Positions 20,977-29,641 of a stretch of 64,000 bases of DNA are shown piece by piece (within the stretch, counting starts at the first letter, position 1; every line of letters begins with the position of its first letter). Position numbers and translations under genes: made by a program. Below the pieces are notes generated by a model, which saw only the letters and a program-made list of their open reading frames with translations, was not told the DNA's origin and did no database searches. The stretch is from Acutalibacteraceae bacterium (GTDB lineage: Bacteria; Bacillota; Clostridia; Oscillospirales; Acutalibacteraceae): positions 76,557-140,556 of the forward strand of contig JAZNVU010000041.1 of NCBI GenBank assembly GCA_045592985.1, written 5' to 3'.

Positions 20977-22164
20977 ATGAAAACAACCGTTGCAGTTATA
21001 TTCGGTGGCCGTTCGGTCGAGCATGAAATTGCCATTATCTCGGCAGTTCAGGCCATGGGTAATATCAACAAGGAAAAATACAACGTAATCCCTGTTTATA
21101 TCAGCAAAAAAGGTGTTTTTTACACCGATGAGAGATTTTTCGATATCGATATTTTCAAAACACCCGATGTAATTGAAAAAACCTCGGCAAAAATCGTATT
21201 TGTTCCCGATAACAATAAGGTCAATATTGAATTTTTGGGTGGCGGTCTCTTTAAAAAGAAACCAATTACCGTTGATGTTGCCTTCCCGATTGTTCACGGC
21301 ACCAACTGTGAAGACGGAACTTTGCAAGGTTATTTAGAGGCTTTAGGGCTGCCTTACGTTGGTTGCGACGTCATGTCGTCGGCACTCGGTATGGACAAAG
21401 TGCTTTTCAAAAACGTGCTTAACGACAACGGTATTCCCGTACTTCCCGGTGTTTACTTCACCTCGCGTGAATGGGCACTTAGTAAAGAGGAAATAATCGT
21501 AAAAATCGAAGACAAAATCGGTTATCCTCTTATTGTTAAACCCTCTAACTTAGGTTCAAGTATCGGCATTTCCAAGGTCGCCGACCAAGGTGAACTTATT
21601 TCCGCAGTTGACCTTGCCTGTACCTTTGCCGGTAATATACTCATCGAACATGCTGTTGAAAATTTGCGGGAAATCAACTGCTCGGTTTTGGGTGACCGCA
21701 GTGACTGTAAACCCTCGGCACTTGAAGAACCCGTAATGCATGATAAAATTTTGTCTTTCGACGATAAATATCGCGCAAATGCTTCAAAATCCGGTTCTAA
21801 AGGCATGGCATCTTTAAGCCGCAAACTCCCTGCCGATTTGACACCCGAAAAGACTGCCGAAATTCAGAAAATTGCCGTTGACACCTTCAAATGCATCGGT
21901 GCCTCGGGTGTTGTCCGTATCGACTTTCTCATGGACGGAGACAATAATGACAAGGTTTACGTCAACGAAATAAATACAATTCCCGGTTCGCTTTCTTTCT
22001 ACCTTTGGGAGGCAACCGACATGAAATACCCCGAACTTATCGATAAACTCATTTCACTTGCATTCAAACGTCAACGCGACCGTGAGAATTTAATGTTTAC
22101 CATTGATACCAATATTCTTAACGAAAGCAGTTTCCGAGCAAAAGGCTCTAAAGGTAAAATATAA
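20977..22164 (+). CDS. ddl: D-alanine--D-alanine ligase (ATP-grasp)
   Basis: 395 aa. N-terminal AVIFGGRSVEHEISI-type motif, ATP-grasp core, and a KY dipeptide retained in the omega-loop region (FDDKYRAN). Confidence 0.9.
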   Translation: MKTTVAVIFGGRSVEHEIAIISAVQAMGNINKEKYNVIPVYISKKGVFYTDERFFDIDIFKTPDVIEKTSAKIVFVPDNNKVNIEFLGGGLFKKKPITVDVAFPIVHGTNCEDGTLQGYLEALGLPYVGCDVMSSALGMDKVLFKNVLNDNGIPVLPGVYFTSREWALSKEEIIVKIEDKIGYPLIVKPSNLGSSIGISKVADQGELISAVDLACTFAGNILIEHAVENLREINCSVLGDRSDCKPSALEEPVMHDKILSFDDKYRANASKSGSKGMASLSRKLPADLTPEKTAEIQKIAVDTFKCIGASGVVRIDFLMDGDNNDKVYVNEINTIPGSLSFYLWEATDMKYPELIDKLISLAFKRQRDRENLMFTIDTNILNESSFRAKGSKGKI

Positions 22165-23348
22165 TGTCAAAAGGAATTGTTGCAAAAATAGTGGGAAACG
22201 ACCCTACATCTCCCAAGACCCGTCAAAAGGTAGGCAATGTGGGAAGTTTTGTAGGCATTTTCGGGAATCTTGTTCTTTTTGTACTGAAACTTGTAGCCGG
22301 ACTTTTATCCGGCTCTGTTTCTGTTGTGGCAGATGCTTTTAACAACCTGTCGGATATGGGTTCGTCGGTGGTTACGTTTTTAGGCTTTAAACTTGCCTCA
22401 AAACCTGCCGATAAAGAGCATCCTTTCGGTCACGGCAGAATGGAATACATGTCGGCAATGCTCGTTTCGGTACTTATTATAATAGTAGGTTTTGAACTTT
22501 TAACCGAATCGTTTGGCAAAATCAAAGCACCTTTATTACCCGAAATTTCGCTTGTTACCGTTATCATTCTTTCCGTATCCATACTCATTAAATTGACAAT
22601 GGGTCTTTTTAACCGACGTCTTGGCATTGCTATCGACTCTTCGGCCTTGAAAGCAGCCGCAGCCGACTCGTTTAACGACTGTATTTCGACCGGTGCCATT
22701 CTTATCGTTTCGGTAGTCTGCTACTTCTTTGGTAACGTGCCGTTTGTAAAATATCTTGACCCTATAGCAGGTCTTGTCGTTTCGGTAATAATACTTCTTG
22801 CGGGTGCAAAAAGTATTAAGGAAACCATGGACCCTCTTATTGGTCTTGCCCCCGAAAAAGAAACGGTTGAAAACATTAAAAACATCGTTATGTCCGAACC
22901 CGATTTTTTGGGAATCCACGATATGATAGTGCATAACTATGGTCCGGGCAGAAGTTTTGCTTCGCTTCACGTTGAAGTCAGCGCAAGTTCTGATGTGCTT
23001 GTTTGCCACGAAAAAATCGATGCCTGTGAACGCGATATTTATGACAAGACCGGCGTTCAGACCGTAATTCACATGGACCCCATTGTTACCGATGACGAAG
23101 AGGTAAACAACGCAAGAGCAATAATTTCACAAAAAGTCGGCACAATATATAATGGCATGACTATTCATGATTTTCGTATGGTTAAAGGTGAAAAGCAAAA
23201 CAACCTGATTTTTGATGTTTGTCTGCCTCACGGTTGCACTTTGTCACACAAACAGGTTAAGGAAGTAATCAGCGCCGTTGCACATGATATCGACCAAACA
23301 TACTGTTGTGTGATTACCATTGATGACGACTTTTCCGGCGGTTTTTGA
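22164..23348 (+). CDS. cation diffusion facilitator family exporter
   Basis: 394 aa. Six TM helices plus a cytoplasmic C-terminal domain. TM2 carries NNLSD and TM5 carries DSFND at the transport site. Confidence 0.85.
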   Translation: MSKGIVAKIVGNDPTSPKTRQKVGNVGSFVGIFGNLVLFVLKLVAGLLSGSVSVVADAFNNLSDMGSSVVTFLGFKLASKPADKEHPFGHGRMEYMSAMLVSVLIIIVGFELLTESFGKIKAPLLPEISLVTVIILSVSILIKLTMGLFNRRLGIAIDSSALKAAAADSFNDCISTGAILIVSVVCYFFGNVPFVKYLDPIAGLVVSVIILLAGAKSIKETMDPLIGLAPEKETVENIKNIVMSEPDFLGIHDMIVHNYGPGRSFASLHVEVSASSDVLVCHEKIDACERDIYDKTGVQTVIHMDPIVTDDEEVNNARAIISQKVGTIYNGMTIHDFRMVKGEKQNNLIFDVCLPHGCTLSHKQVKEVISAVAHDIDQTYCCVITIDDDFSGGF

Positions 23349-23419
23349 CCCATTTTTTATGAAAAGTAAAATCGTTGTTAAAGTTTTGTCATTTAGTGGA
23401 AAAATAACACATTTTTGAC

Positions 23420-23448
23420 TTGACGAAGCAAAGTCTTTAATATATAAT
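23420..23448 (+). promoter_or_regulatory. candidate sigma-A promoter of pckG
   Basis: TTGACG, 17 nt, TATAAT. A 5' UTR hairpin TGGCTTTT-TTAGG-AAAAGCCA follows at 23464-23486. Confidence 0.55.
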
Positions 23449-23513
23449 GTAGCTGTAGAAAATTGGCTTTTTTAGGAAAAGCCAAAACTAATATTTATGA
23501 ATGGAGAATAAAA

Positions 23514-25292
23514 ATGACCAAGAACCCTACCGTTTTAAAGTGGCTCGAAGAAATGAAAGAGCTTCTTACTCCTGACAGCGTAGTTTGGATTGACGGTTCT
23601 GAGAAGCAGACCGAAGAACTCCGCGAGTTGGCTGTTAAAACAGGCGAACTTATTAAACTCAACCAGGAGCTTTTGCCCGACTGCTATCTGCACAGAACCA
23701 AGCAGAACGACGTTGCTCGTGTTGAAGACAGAACCTTCATCTGCACAACCAAGCAAGAAGATGCAGGCCCTACCAACAACTGGTGCGCTCCTGACGAAAT
23801 GTACAAGAAACTTTACAACATTGCCCGCGGCTCCTACAAGGGAAAGACCATGTATATTATTCCCTATTCCATGGGTCCCATCGGTTCTCCCCTTGCAAAA
23901 ATTGGTATTGAGGTAACCGACTCGGTTTACGTTGTTCTCAACATGCTTATCATGACCAGAGTTAGCCCCAAAGTTATGGAAGTTTTGGGCGACTCTAACG
24001 ACTGGGTACGTTGCTTGCATTCTCGTTGCGATATTGACCCCGAGTACAGATACATCTGCCAGTTCCCCGAAGACAATACCATTATCTCGGTTAACTCCGG
24101 TTACGGCGGAAACGTTCTTCTCGGTAAAAAGTGCTTTGCACTCCGTATCGCTTCTTACCAGGGTTGGAAAGAAGGCTGGATGGCTGAGCATATGCTTATC
24201 CTTGGCCTTGAAAATCCCAAAGGCGAAGTTAAGTACATCGCTGCTGCATTCCCCTCTGCTTGCGGTAAGACCAACCTCGCTATGCTTATTCCCCCCGAGT
24301 ACTTGCGCAAGAAGGGCTACAAGATTTGGACTGTTGGCGACGACATCGCTTGGATGCGCATAGGACCTGATGGCAGACTTTATGCTATCAACCCCGAAAA
24401 CGGATTCTTCGGCGTTGCTCCCGGTACCAACGAGAAATCCAACTTCAACGCTCTTGCTTCTACTAAGAAGGGCACCATTTTCACCAATGTTGCTCACTGC
24501 AAAGATGACAACACCGTTTGGTGGGAAGGTCTTAATAAGAATCTCCCCGAGAATGCCGACGATTGGACCGGCAAGCCTTGGGACCCTGCAAAATTCAACA
24601 AGGCAGACAAGAGCACTTGCGCTGCTCATCCCAACTCTCGTTTCACTGCTCCTGCTGCTAACTGCCCCTGCATTTCTGAAGAGTTTGACAAGGGCGCAGG
24701 CGTTCCCATTTCTGCTATCGTATTCGGTGGCCGTCGCGCTAAGACTGCTCCGCTCGTATACCAGTCAAAGAACTGGGAGAACGGTGTATTTGTAGGCTCT
24801 GCAATGGCTTCTGAGACCACCGCTGCCGCTGCAGGTGCTGTTGGTGTTACCCGTCGTGGCCCCATGGCAATGCTTCCCTTCTGTGGCTACCACATGGGAG
24901 ACTACTTCCGTCATTGGCTTGAGATGGGCAAGAAGTTGGGCGACAAGGCTCCTAAGATTTTCAATGTTAACTGGTTCCGTACCGACGATGAAGGCAACTT
25001 CCTCTGGCCCGGATTTGGCGATAACATGAGAGTTCTCAACTGGATTATCGACCGTTGCGAAGGCAAGGCAGACGCTACCGAGACCGCTATCGGCTATGTT
25101 CCGAAGCCTGAAGACATCGACCTTACCGACCTTGACATGGATATGGATACTCTTAAATCTATCCTTACCGTTGACAAGGATATGTGGACTAAAGAGGCTG
25201 CTGAGATTGAAGAACACTACAAGAAGTTTGGCGACAAACTCCCTGCAGAACTCCGCACTCAGCTCGAAAACCTCAAAGCAGCACTTAAATAA
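23514..25292 (+). CDS. pckG: phosphoenolpyruvate carboxykinase (GTP)
   Basis: P-loop FPSACGKTN and full-length GTP-PEPCK features. The start is placed at ATG 23514 (MTKNPTVLKW) after a GGAG RBS. The track start at 23463 lies inside a 5' UTR hairpin. Confidence 0.93.
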   Translation: MTKNPTVLKWLEEMKELLTPDSVVWIDGSEKQTEELRELAVKTGELIKLNQELLPDCYLHRTKQNDVARVEDRTFICTTKQEDAGPTNNWCAPDEMYKKLYNIARGSYKGKTMYIIPYSMGPIGSPLAKIGIEVTDSVYVVLNMLIMTRVSPKVMEVLGDSNDWVRCLHSRCDIDPEYRYICQFPEDNTIISVNSGYGGNVLLGKKCFALRIASYQGWKEGWMAEHMLILGLENPKGEVKYIAAAFPSACGKTNLAMLIPPEYLRKKGYKIWTVGDDIAWMRIGPDGRLYAINPENGFFGVAPGTNEKSNFNALASTKKGTIFTNVAHCKDDNTVWWEGLNKNLPENADDWTGKPWDPAKFNKADKSTCAAHPNSRFTAPAANCPCISEEFDKGAGVPISAIVFGGRRAKTAPLVYQSKNWENGVFVGSAMASETTAAAAGAVGVTRRGPMAMLPFCGYHMGDYFRHWLEMGKKLGDKAPKIFNVNWFRTDDEGNFLWPGFGDNMRVLNWIIDRCEGKADATETAIGYVPKPEDIDLTDLDMDMDTLKSILTVDKDMWTKEAAEIEEHYKKFGDKLPAELRTQLENLKAALK

Positions 25293-25319
25293 TTCAAAAA
25301 AAAACAACCGCCTTTGGAT

Positions 25320-25348
25320 GCGCAAATGTTCTTAACGAACATTTGCGC
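25320..25348 (+). other. 12-bp perfect hairpin 28 nt after the pckG stop
   Basis: GCGCAAATGTTC-TTAAC-GAACATTTGCGC. No U-tract follows, so it is not a canonical terminator. Confidence 0.6.
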
Positions 25349-25352
25349 AACT

Positions 25353-25549
25353 CTATTCGCCTTACGGCGAGTGATATGCTAAAGCAATGGTATTATGCTT
25401 CGCATAGTTATATTGTCCTACGGACAGTTTGTAGCGAATAGAATATCACGAAACCGACAGGTTTCATATCACTTTCTTTTGAAATATCTCGCCATAGGCG
25501 AGGAATTTTCAAAAGAAAATATCACGCCGACGGCAGTCGGCATATCACT
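25353..25549 (+). repeat. hairpin-dense structured element with a duplicated AATATCAC-stem-loop-ATATCACT module
   Basis: Six short stem-loops lie at 25357-25370, 25395-25407, 25414-25426, 25450-25465, 25488-25502 and 25526-25541. There are four direct ATATCAC copies and one inverted copy. An 11-bp outer stem (25474-25484 with 25507-25517) is present. TCTATTCGC at 25353 can pair with GCGAATAGA at 25433. Confidence 0.55.
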
Positions 25550-25563
25550 ATACAGACAAAATG

Positions 25564-25602
25564 AAAGAGAAGACTTGTTGCAAAACAAATCTTCTCTTTT
25601 TC
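25564..25602. terminator. intrinsic terminator, probably bidirectional, shared by the convergent pckG and 25754-27550 genes
   Basis: AAAGAGAAGA-C-TTGTT GCAA AACAA-A-TCTTCTCTTT is followed by TTTCT on the plus strand. The minus-strand reading is followed by CATTTTG. Confidence 0.7.
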
Positions 25603-25753
25603 TGTTGTTAGTGGATTTGGGCCACTGCCCAAATGCATTCGTACATACAAATGCGATGCTGGTTCTAAACGAAAACTATAAATTATTTAAAATAATAAAA
25701 AGTTCGCTAACTACACCAACCAATTTTCCGAAGGCGGTTTTGTTTATTGGTTA

Positions 25754-27550
25754 TTAAAATTCTGCCATTTGCAGAAGCAAAAGTAATAATCTGCCATTTG
25801 CCGAGGCGTTGGGACTCCACGGCACGAACCAAGGGTCCTCTGGGTGATATCGTTCTACCATTTGGTATTCCTCGGTCATGGAATAACGGCAAATGCTCTC
25901 GACTATTTGTTGGCACTTGTCCAATCTGCCGATGCGTTTAAGCGCCTCAAACCAGAAATATTCCTCGAGTGTGGTATACCACATTCTCACCTTGCCGTCG
26001 GGATCCTTCATTCGGTAATAGTCAGGCATTCGGTTATAAAGTCCCTCATGAAGAGAGTTTTCGGCTTTAAGCCCGTTTAGAAGAAGATCGATATCCTCTG
26101 CGCTAAGTTCTAAACACGAAGCTATAATTCCCGCATGAGCGCGGAACGGATGAGGTCGGCTACCCTCAGGTACAAATGGCAAATGATTGGTAAGAATCAA
26201 CTTGTCATCGTCCATTAACATCACCTTTGCGCGGTCGTAGCATTGCTTTAGCGTGCACAGGTAGTCACTATATTCCGCTTTTATTTCTTCTGCTCTCTCA
26301 TCGCCAAAGGTTTCGGCGGCGAGCGCAAGCTTTTTAAGTCCCACAAGATTGTGAGGGTCGGTTATCGTCCAAGCCTGCAAAATATCGGTCGCATCACAAC
26401 TTTGCAACGGCGGATAAAGACCTGTAACTATATTGGGATTGGATTTGTCGGCTACACGGGTATTTCTTATAAACTCAAACGCCCGCATCGCCTCGTTACG
26501 ATATTTTAAATAGAAATCATTGCCCGAACGTAAAGCGTGGTCGGCAAAAGAATAAAGCGACACGGCGGTAGACATCGCCCAATAAATTCCAAGCGGTACT
26601 ATTTCGCCGCTTTCGACCTGCATCGTGTGAAAATAGAGGTCTATCACAGGCTCGATATAGTCGTCAAAGTCGCCCAATCTATCCAAAGCTTCCAAGGCGT
26701 ACATCGCCTCAAACGGCCATATCCGTCGCTGAAGACCACCCTGTCTGCACATGATAAGCTCGGTGCTTTTAGGTGCGGTAAAGCATTGGAGTAACTGAAT
26801 AACAAGATTATCAACAAGCTGCTGATCCATAGTTTTGTGTAAGGGGTAAAGACGAGCCAATTCGTTAAGATAGAAACTTACGGTGCTTTGCTTTTGGGAA
26901 TCGTAATCGTTGCTCGGTATCTCACCCTTGCCAAGAATAAAGCAAAACGTGATTTCCTGCTTTGGCGGTACGGCTATACGGATAATACCCTTTTTGGAAT
27001 CAAAGGAATAATCGTCCCCAAGAGGCTTTATAAAATAATCTCCGTCTTTTAAAAGACTGCCCTCATCATGCCACGTCGCCTCGGTTTCTTTCCAAGCGTT
27101 TACGTCGGGAGCATAGCTTTTGTACACGTCGGGAGCATCGAAAACCAGCTTAGCTTCATATCCGGTTCTGACCATAAGTCCAAAATCCTCGGTGGTGGAA
27201 GAAGTATTTAAAACAGTAAACTTCACGTAAACACTGCACTGTCGAGCGGTGTCGCAAAAAGCCTCTTCCGTTACGTTTAAGGTGCCGAATCGGTTTTCTA
27301 TTGAATGAACGGGAATACCACGGTCGAAAAGAATACTTTTTGCCGTTTTAAAATCTGCCGCCTCGTCGTTTTTGCCGTATACCGGCCAGATTCCGCAACT
27401 GATAATTTTATAATAATCGGGTACAGTCGGTCCTTCGGCCAACTCAACCTCGCCTAAAACAAGCTTACCCTCACTCCAAAGGGTTACTACTCGCTCACAT
27501 TTCGGCGGGTGAAGATAACGTCGGGTGGTTATAGGACGTTGCCACATCAT
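25754..27550 (-). CDS. cytoplasmic (alpha/alpha)6-barrel glycoside-hydrolase-like protein, family unassigned
   Basis: 598 aa with no signal peptide. N-terminal beta-rich part plus a helical-repeat C-terminal part ending ERYHPEDPWFVPWSPNASANGRLLLLLLQM, which resembles GH15/GH63-type six-hairpin enzymes. Assigned by pattern recognition only. Confidence 0.45.
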   Translation of the reverse strand: MMWQRPITTRRYLHPPKCERVVTLWSEGKLVLGEVELAEGPTVPDYYKIISCGIWPVYGKNDEAADFKTAKSILFDRGIPVHSIENRFGTLNVTEEAFCDTARQCSVYVKFTVLNTSSTTEDFGLMVRTGYEAKLVFDAPDVYKSYAPDVNAWKETEATWHDEGSLLKDGDYFIKPLGDDYSFDSKKGIIRIAVPPKQEITFCFILGKGEIPSNDYDSQKQSTVSFYLNELARLYPLHKTMDQQLVDNLVIQLLQCFTAPKSTELIMCRQGGLQRRIWPFEAMYALEALDRLGDFDDYIEPVIDLYFHTMQVESGEIVPLGIYWAMSTAVSLYSFADHALRSGNDFYLKYRNEAMRAFEFIRNTRVADKSNPNIVTGLYPPLQSCDATDILQAWTITDPHNLVGLKKLALAAETFGDERAEEIKAEYSDYLCTLKQCYDRAKVMLMDDDKLILTNHLPFVPEGSRPHPFRAHAGIIASCLELSAEDIDLLLNGLKAENSLHEGLYNRMPDYYRMKDPDGKVRMWYTTLEEYFWFEALKRIGRLDKCQQIVESICRYSMTEEYQMVERYHPEDPWFVPWSPNASANGRLLLLLLQMAEF

Positions 27551-27567
27551 ATTTTCATCCTTTCATC

Positions 27568-28677
27568 TTAAAAATGCTCAAACATACCTGCGGGACGTTT
27601 TTTAAAGGCAAGGAAAAAGTCGTCTGCTCTTTCACCTACCTGTATGCTGTCGGTATAAGCGGCCATTTCGGGGGTGATAGCATCATACCCGTACATAAGT
27701 CTTGCGAGAGTCGATGCGTTAACGGTTATATCGGCACTTTTGGTTTCTGATACACGCTTGACGTTACATTTTCCGTCACCGTATTCCACAAGGAAATTGC
27801 CCTTAACGGTCGGCAGATTATCCTCTACTTTTAAGCAAAATGCACCCTCGAATTTAGGGTAATTATGCGCAAGCAACATTTTTTCGGTGTTTAAAATTTT
27901 TGCCGAAATGTCGGGCAATAGGCGGTATCTTGTGTGGGTATAGTGGCGAAGTTGCATCTCGACCTCGGGGCACATGGCTATATTGGCAAACTCAACGTCG
28001 TCAAGTTCGCCCTCAAACATTCTGATAAACCCTAATACTGCCTTTAATGCAGCAGGAGTAGTATAAACAATATCGTGAACGGTCATCAACCCGTCCTCGT
28101 AATGGTTGATTTCTAACCTCTTTTGTGTCGAATAGGATATGTACCCGGTGGGCACTCCGTTTTCGTAATAAATATATACCTCTTTTTTCTCAAAGTATTT
28201 AGGGTCGCATCTGAGCATCATAAGCAGTCTGCCGCGGCAAAAACGGTTGTGCAGTTCACAAAGTTGTTGCAAAGTTGCCTCGTCACCCTCGAATCGCACA
28301 AAGTTGTTTTCTCTGGGTACAAAATCTATCATTCGTATAGGACAACGGACTATAAGGTGGTCGGCCACTTTACCGTACCCGAATTTTTCATAATACGAGA
28401 ATGAAAACGGATGCAAAAGGCTGACCGCCGCATCTTCGTTTACCGCCCATTCAAATATGTGGTCAAAAATCTTTCGCACATAGCCTTGACGTCTGAACTG
28501 AATGGGTGTAGCCACTCCGCTAAAGCCCAACGTTTTGACAAATCCGTCACCAAAAGCAGTTTCAAAAAAACTAACTGTACTGTGGGACAAAACGGTGCCG
28601 TCTTCGTCCTTTAAATCTACCGTGTACCTTTTTCTGAATTGGTAATCGTGAGTCTTAATTAATTCGATATTTGACAT
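27568..28677 (-). CDS. GNAT N-acetyltransferase with an Eis-like architecture (GNAT plus C-terminal SCP2-like domain)
   Basis: About 369 aa. Acetyl-CoA motif FRRQGYVRKIF. The length and C-terminal region are typical of the Eis family. The start at ATG 28677 follows a GGTGGAGGG RBS. Confidence 0.6.
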   Translation of the reverse strand: MSNIELIKTHDYQFRKRYTVDLKDEDGTVLSHSTVSFFETAFGDGFVKTLGFSGVATPIQFRRQGYVRKIFDHIFEWAVNEDAAVSLLHPFSFSYYEKFGYGKVADHLIVRCPIRMIDFVPRENNFVRFEGDEATLQQLCELHNRFCRGRLLMMLRCDPKYFEKKEVYIYYENGVPTGYISYSTQKRLEINHYEDGLMTVHDIVYTTPAALKAVLGFIRMFEGELDDVEFANIAMCPEVEMQLRHYTHTRYRLLPDISAKILNTEKMLLAHNYPKFEGAFCLKVEDNLPTVKGNFLVEYGDGKCNVKRVSETKSADITVNASTLARLMYGYDAITPEMAAYTDSIQVGERADDFFLAFKKRPAGMFEHF

Positions 28678-28799
28678 AATAACCCTCCACCTTATTGACA
28701 AAACAATTCATTAATTGTATTATATTCGTATACAAAAATGAAAACAACGGCATATATCGACCGAAAAATATACTTTTTCGATATTGTGTGAGGCAGGCT

Positions 28800-29639
28800 A
28801 TGAATTTTCAATTTCAAAACTATCATGATCAAACGTTCCCCATAAGACGGGCATATATAAAAGGAACACAAGAGTTGATTTTCTCGCATTATCACCAGGC
28901 AATGGAGCTGTTGCTGGTGGAAAAAGGATGTCTTTCTGTTTTTGTGAACGGAAATACGCTTGATTGTGTGCAAGGTGATCTTATACTTGTGCCTTCCTTT
29001 GGATTGCATCATGCCGTCTCCAAAGAAAAAAACACCGCGGTAAAAGCCGTCATTTTTGAGCCGTCGCTGGTAGCTCATAAAGACCCCGATATATTCCCCG
29101 ACGAAATATTCAGCAAAGAGTTTTCAGTTACTTATGTACTAAATGAGGACGAAAAAGCAATCGACACCTTTCTTGCGTTATATGAACTATGCGAGATCAC
29201 GGCATTTTCTGCGGCAGATGTATTGGAAATTCTTTCGGCATTATATTTGATTCTCGGTCGTTACACCAGGCACTTTCACCAAAACGAGTCAGTTGTTCCC
29301 ACTTTTTCGCGCATTGCTCCTGTTATTGAATACATCAAAGCGAATTATCAGCGTCCGATACGTTTAAATGAACTGAGCGAGTTGCTTCACGTATGCGACG
29401 ACCATCTTATAAGGCTTTTTAAAAAAAGCACCAGCAAAACTCCTAACCGTTATATTTCTGATTTAAGGGTTGAACAGGCAATGCGGCTTCTTATCGACAC
29501 CGAGCTGCCAATTGCCGAGATTTCCGAAGAGGTCGGCTTTTCAACACCGAATTTTATGACCAAGGTGTTCGGTCAGCGTGTGGGTATGTCACCCGGGGAA
29601 TACCGAAAAAAGCACTCAAAAAGCAGGCAATTTTATTGA
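28800..29639 (+). CDS. AraC family transcriptional regulator (cupin sensor plus HTH)
   Basis: N-terminal cupin (HYHQAMELLLVEKG...GDLILVP) and C-terminal double HTH (ISEEVGFSTPNFMTKVFGQRVGMSPGEYRKK). The likely start is ATG 28800 (MNFQFQNY). Transcribed divergently from the GNAT/GH-like pair. Confidence 0.85.
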   Translation: MNFQFQNYHDQTFPIRRAYIKGTQELIFSHYHQAMELLLVEKGCLSVFVNGNTLDCVQGDLILVPSFGLHHAVSKEKNTAVKAVIFEPSLVAHKDPDIFPDEIFSKEFSVTYVLNEDEKAIDTFLALYELCEITAFSAADVLEILSALYLILGRYTRHFHQNESVVPTFSRIAPVIEYIKANYQRPIRLNELSELLHVCDDHLIRLFKKSTSKTPNRYISDLRVEQAMRLLIDTELPIAEISEEVGFSTPNFMTKVFGQRVGMSPGEYRKKHSKSRQFY

Positions 29640-29641
29640 CT

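Noticed and set aside
20641-21327. A 228-aa minus-strand ORF spanning the murF/ddl junction.
   Set aside because: It crosses an intergenic RBS region and is antisense to two well-supported genes. It has no motif support.
23535-24629. A 364-aa minus-strand ORF, plus several plus-strand and minus-strand ORFs, overlapping pckG.
   Set aside because: This is a shadow ORF antisense to a strongly codon-biased, clearly identified PEPCK gene. Its translation has no recognisable motifs.
25353-25549. Possible interpretation of the ATATCAC repeat region as a CRISPR array.
   Set aside because: The repeats are only 7-8 nt long. The spacings are irregular (23, 53 and 23 nt). The supposed spacers are themselves palindromes, and there are no cas genes.
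25395-25757. A 120-aa plus-strand ORF covering the hairpin-rich spacer.
   Set aside because: It has no RBS. It reads straight through multiple perfect hairpins and an intrinsic terminator. The region is better explained as structured non-coding sequence.
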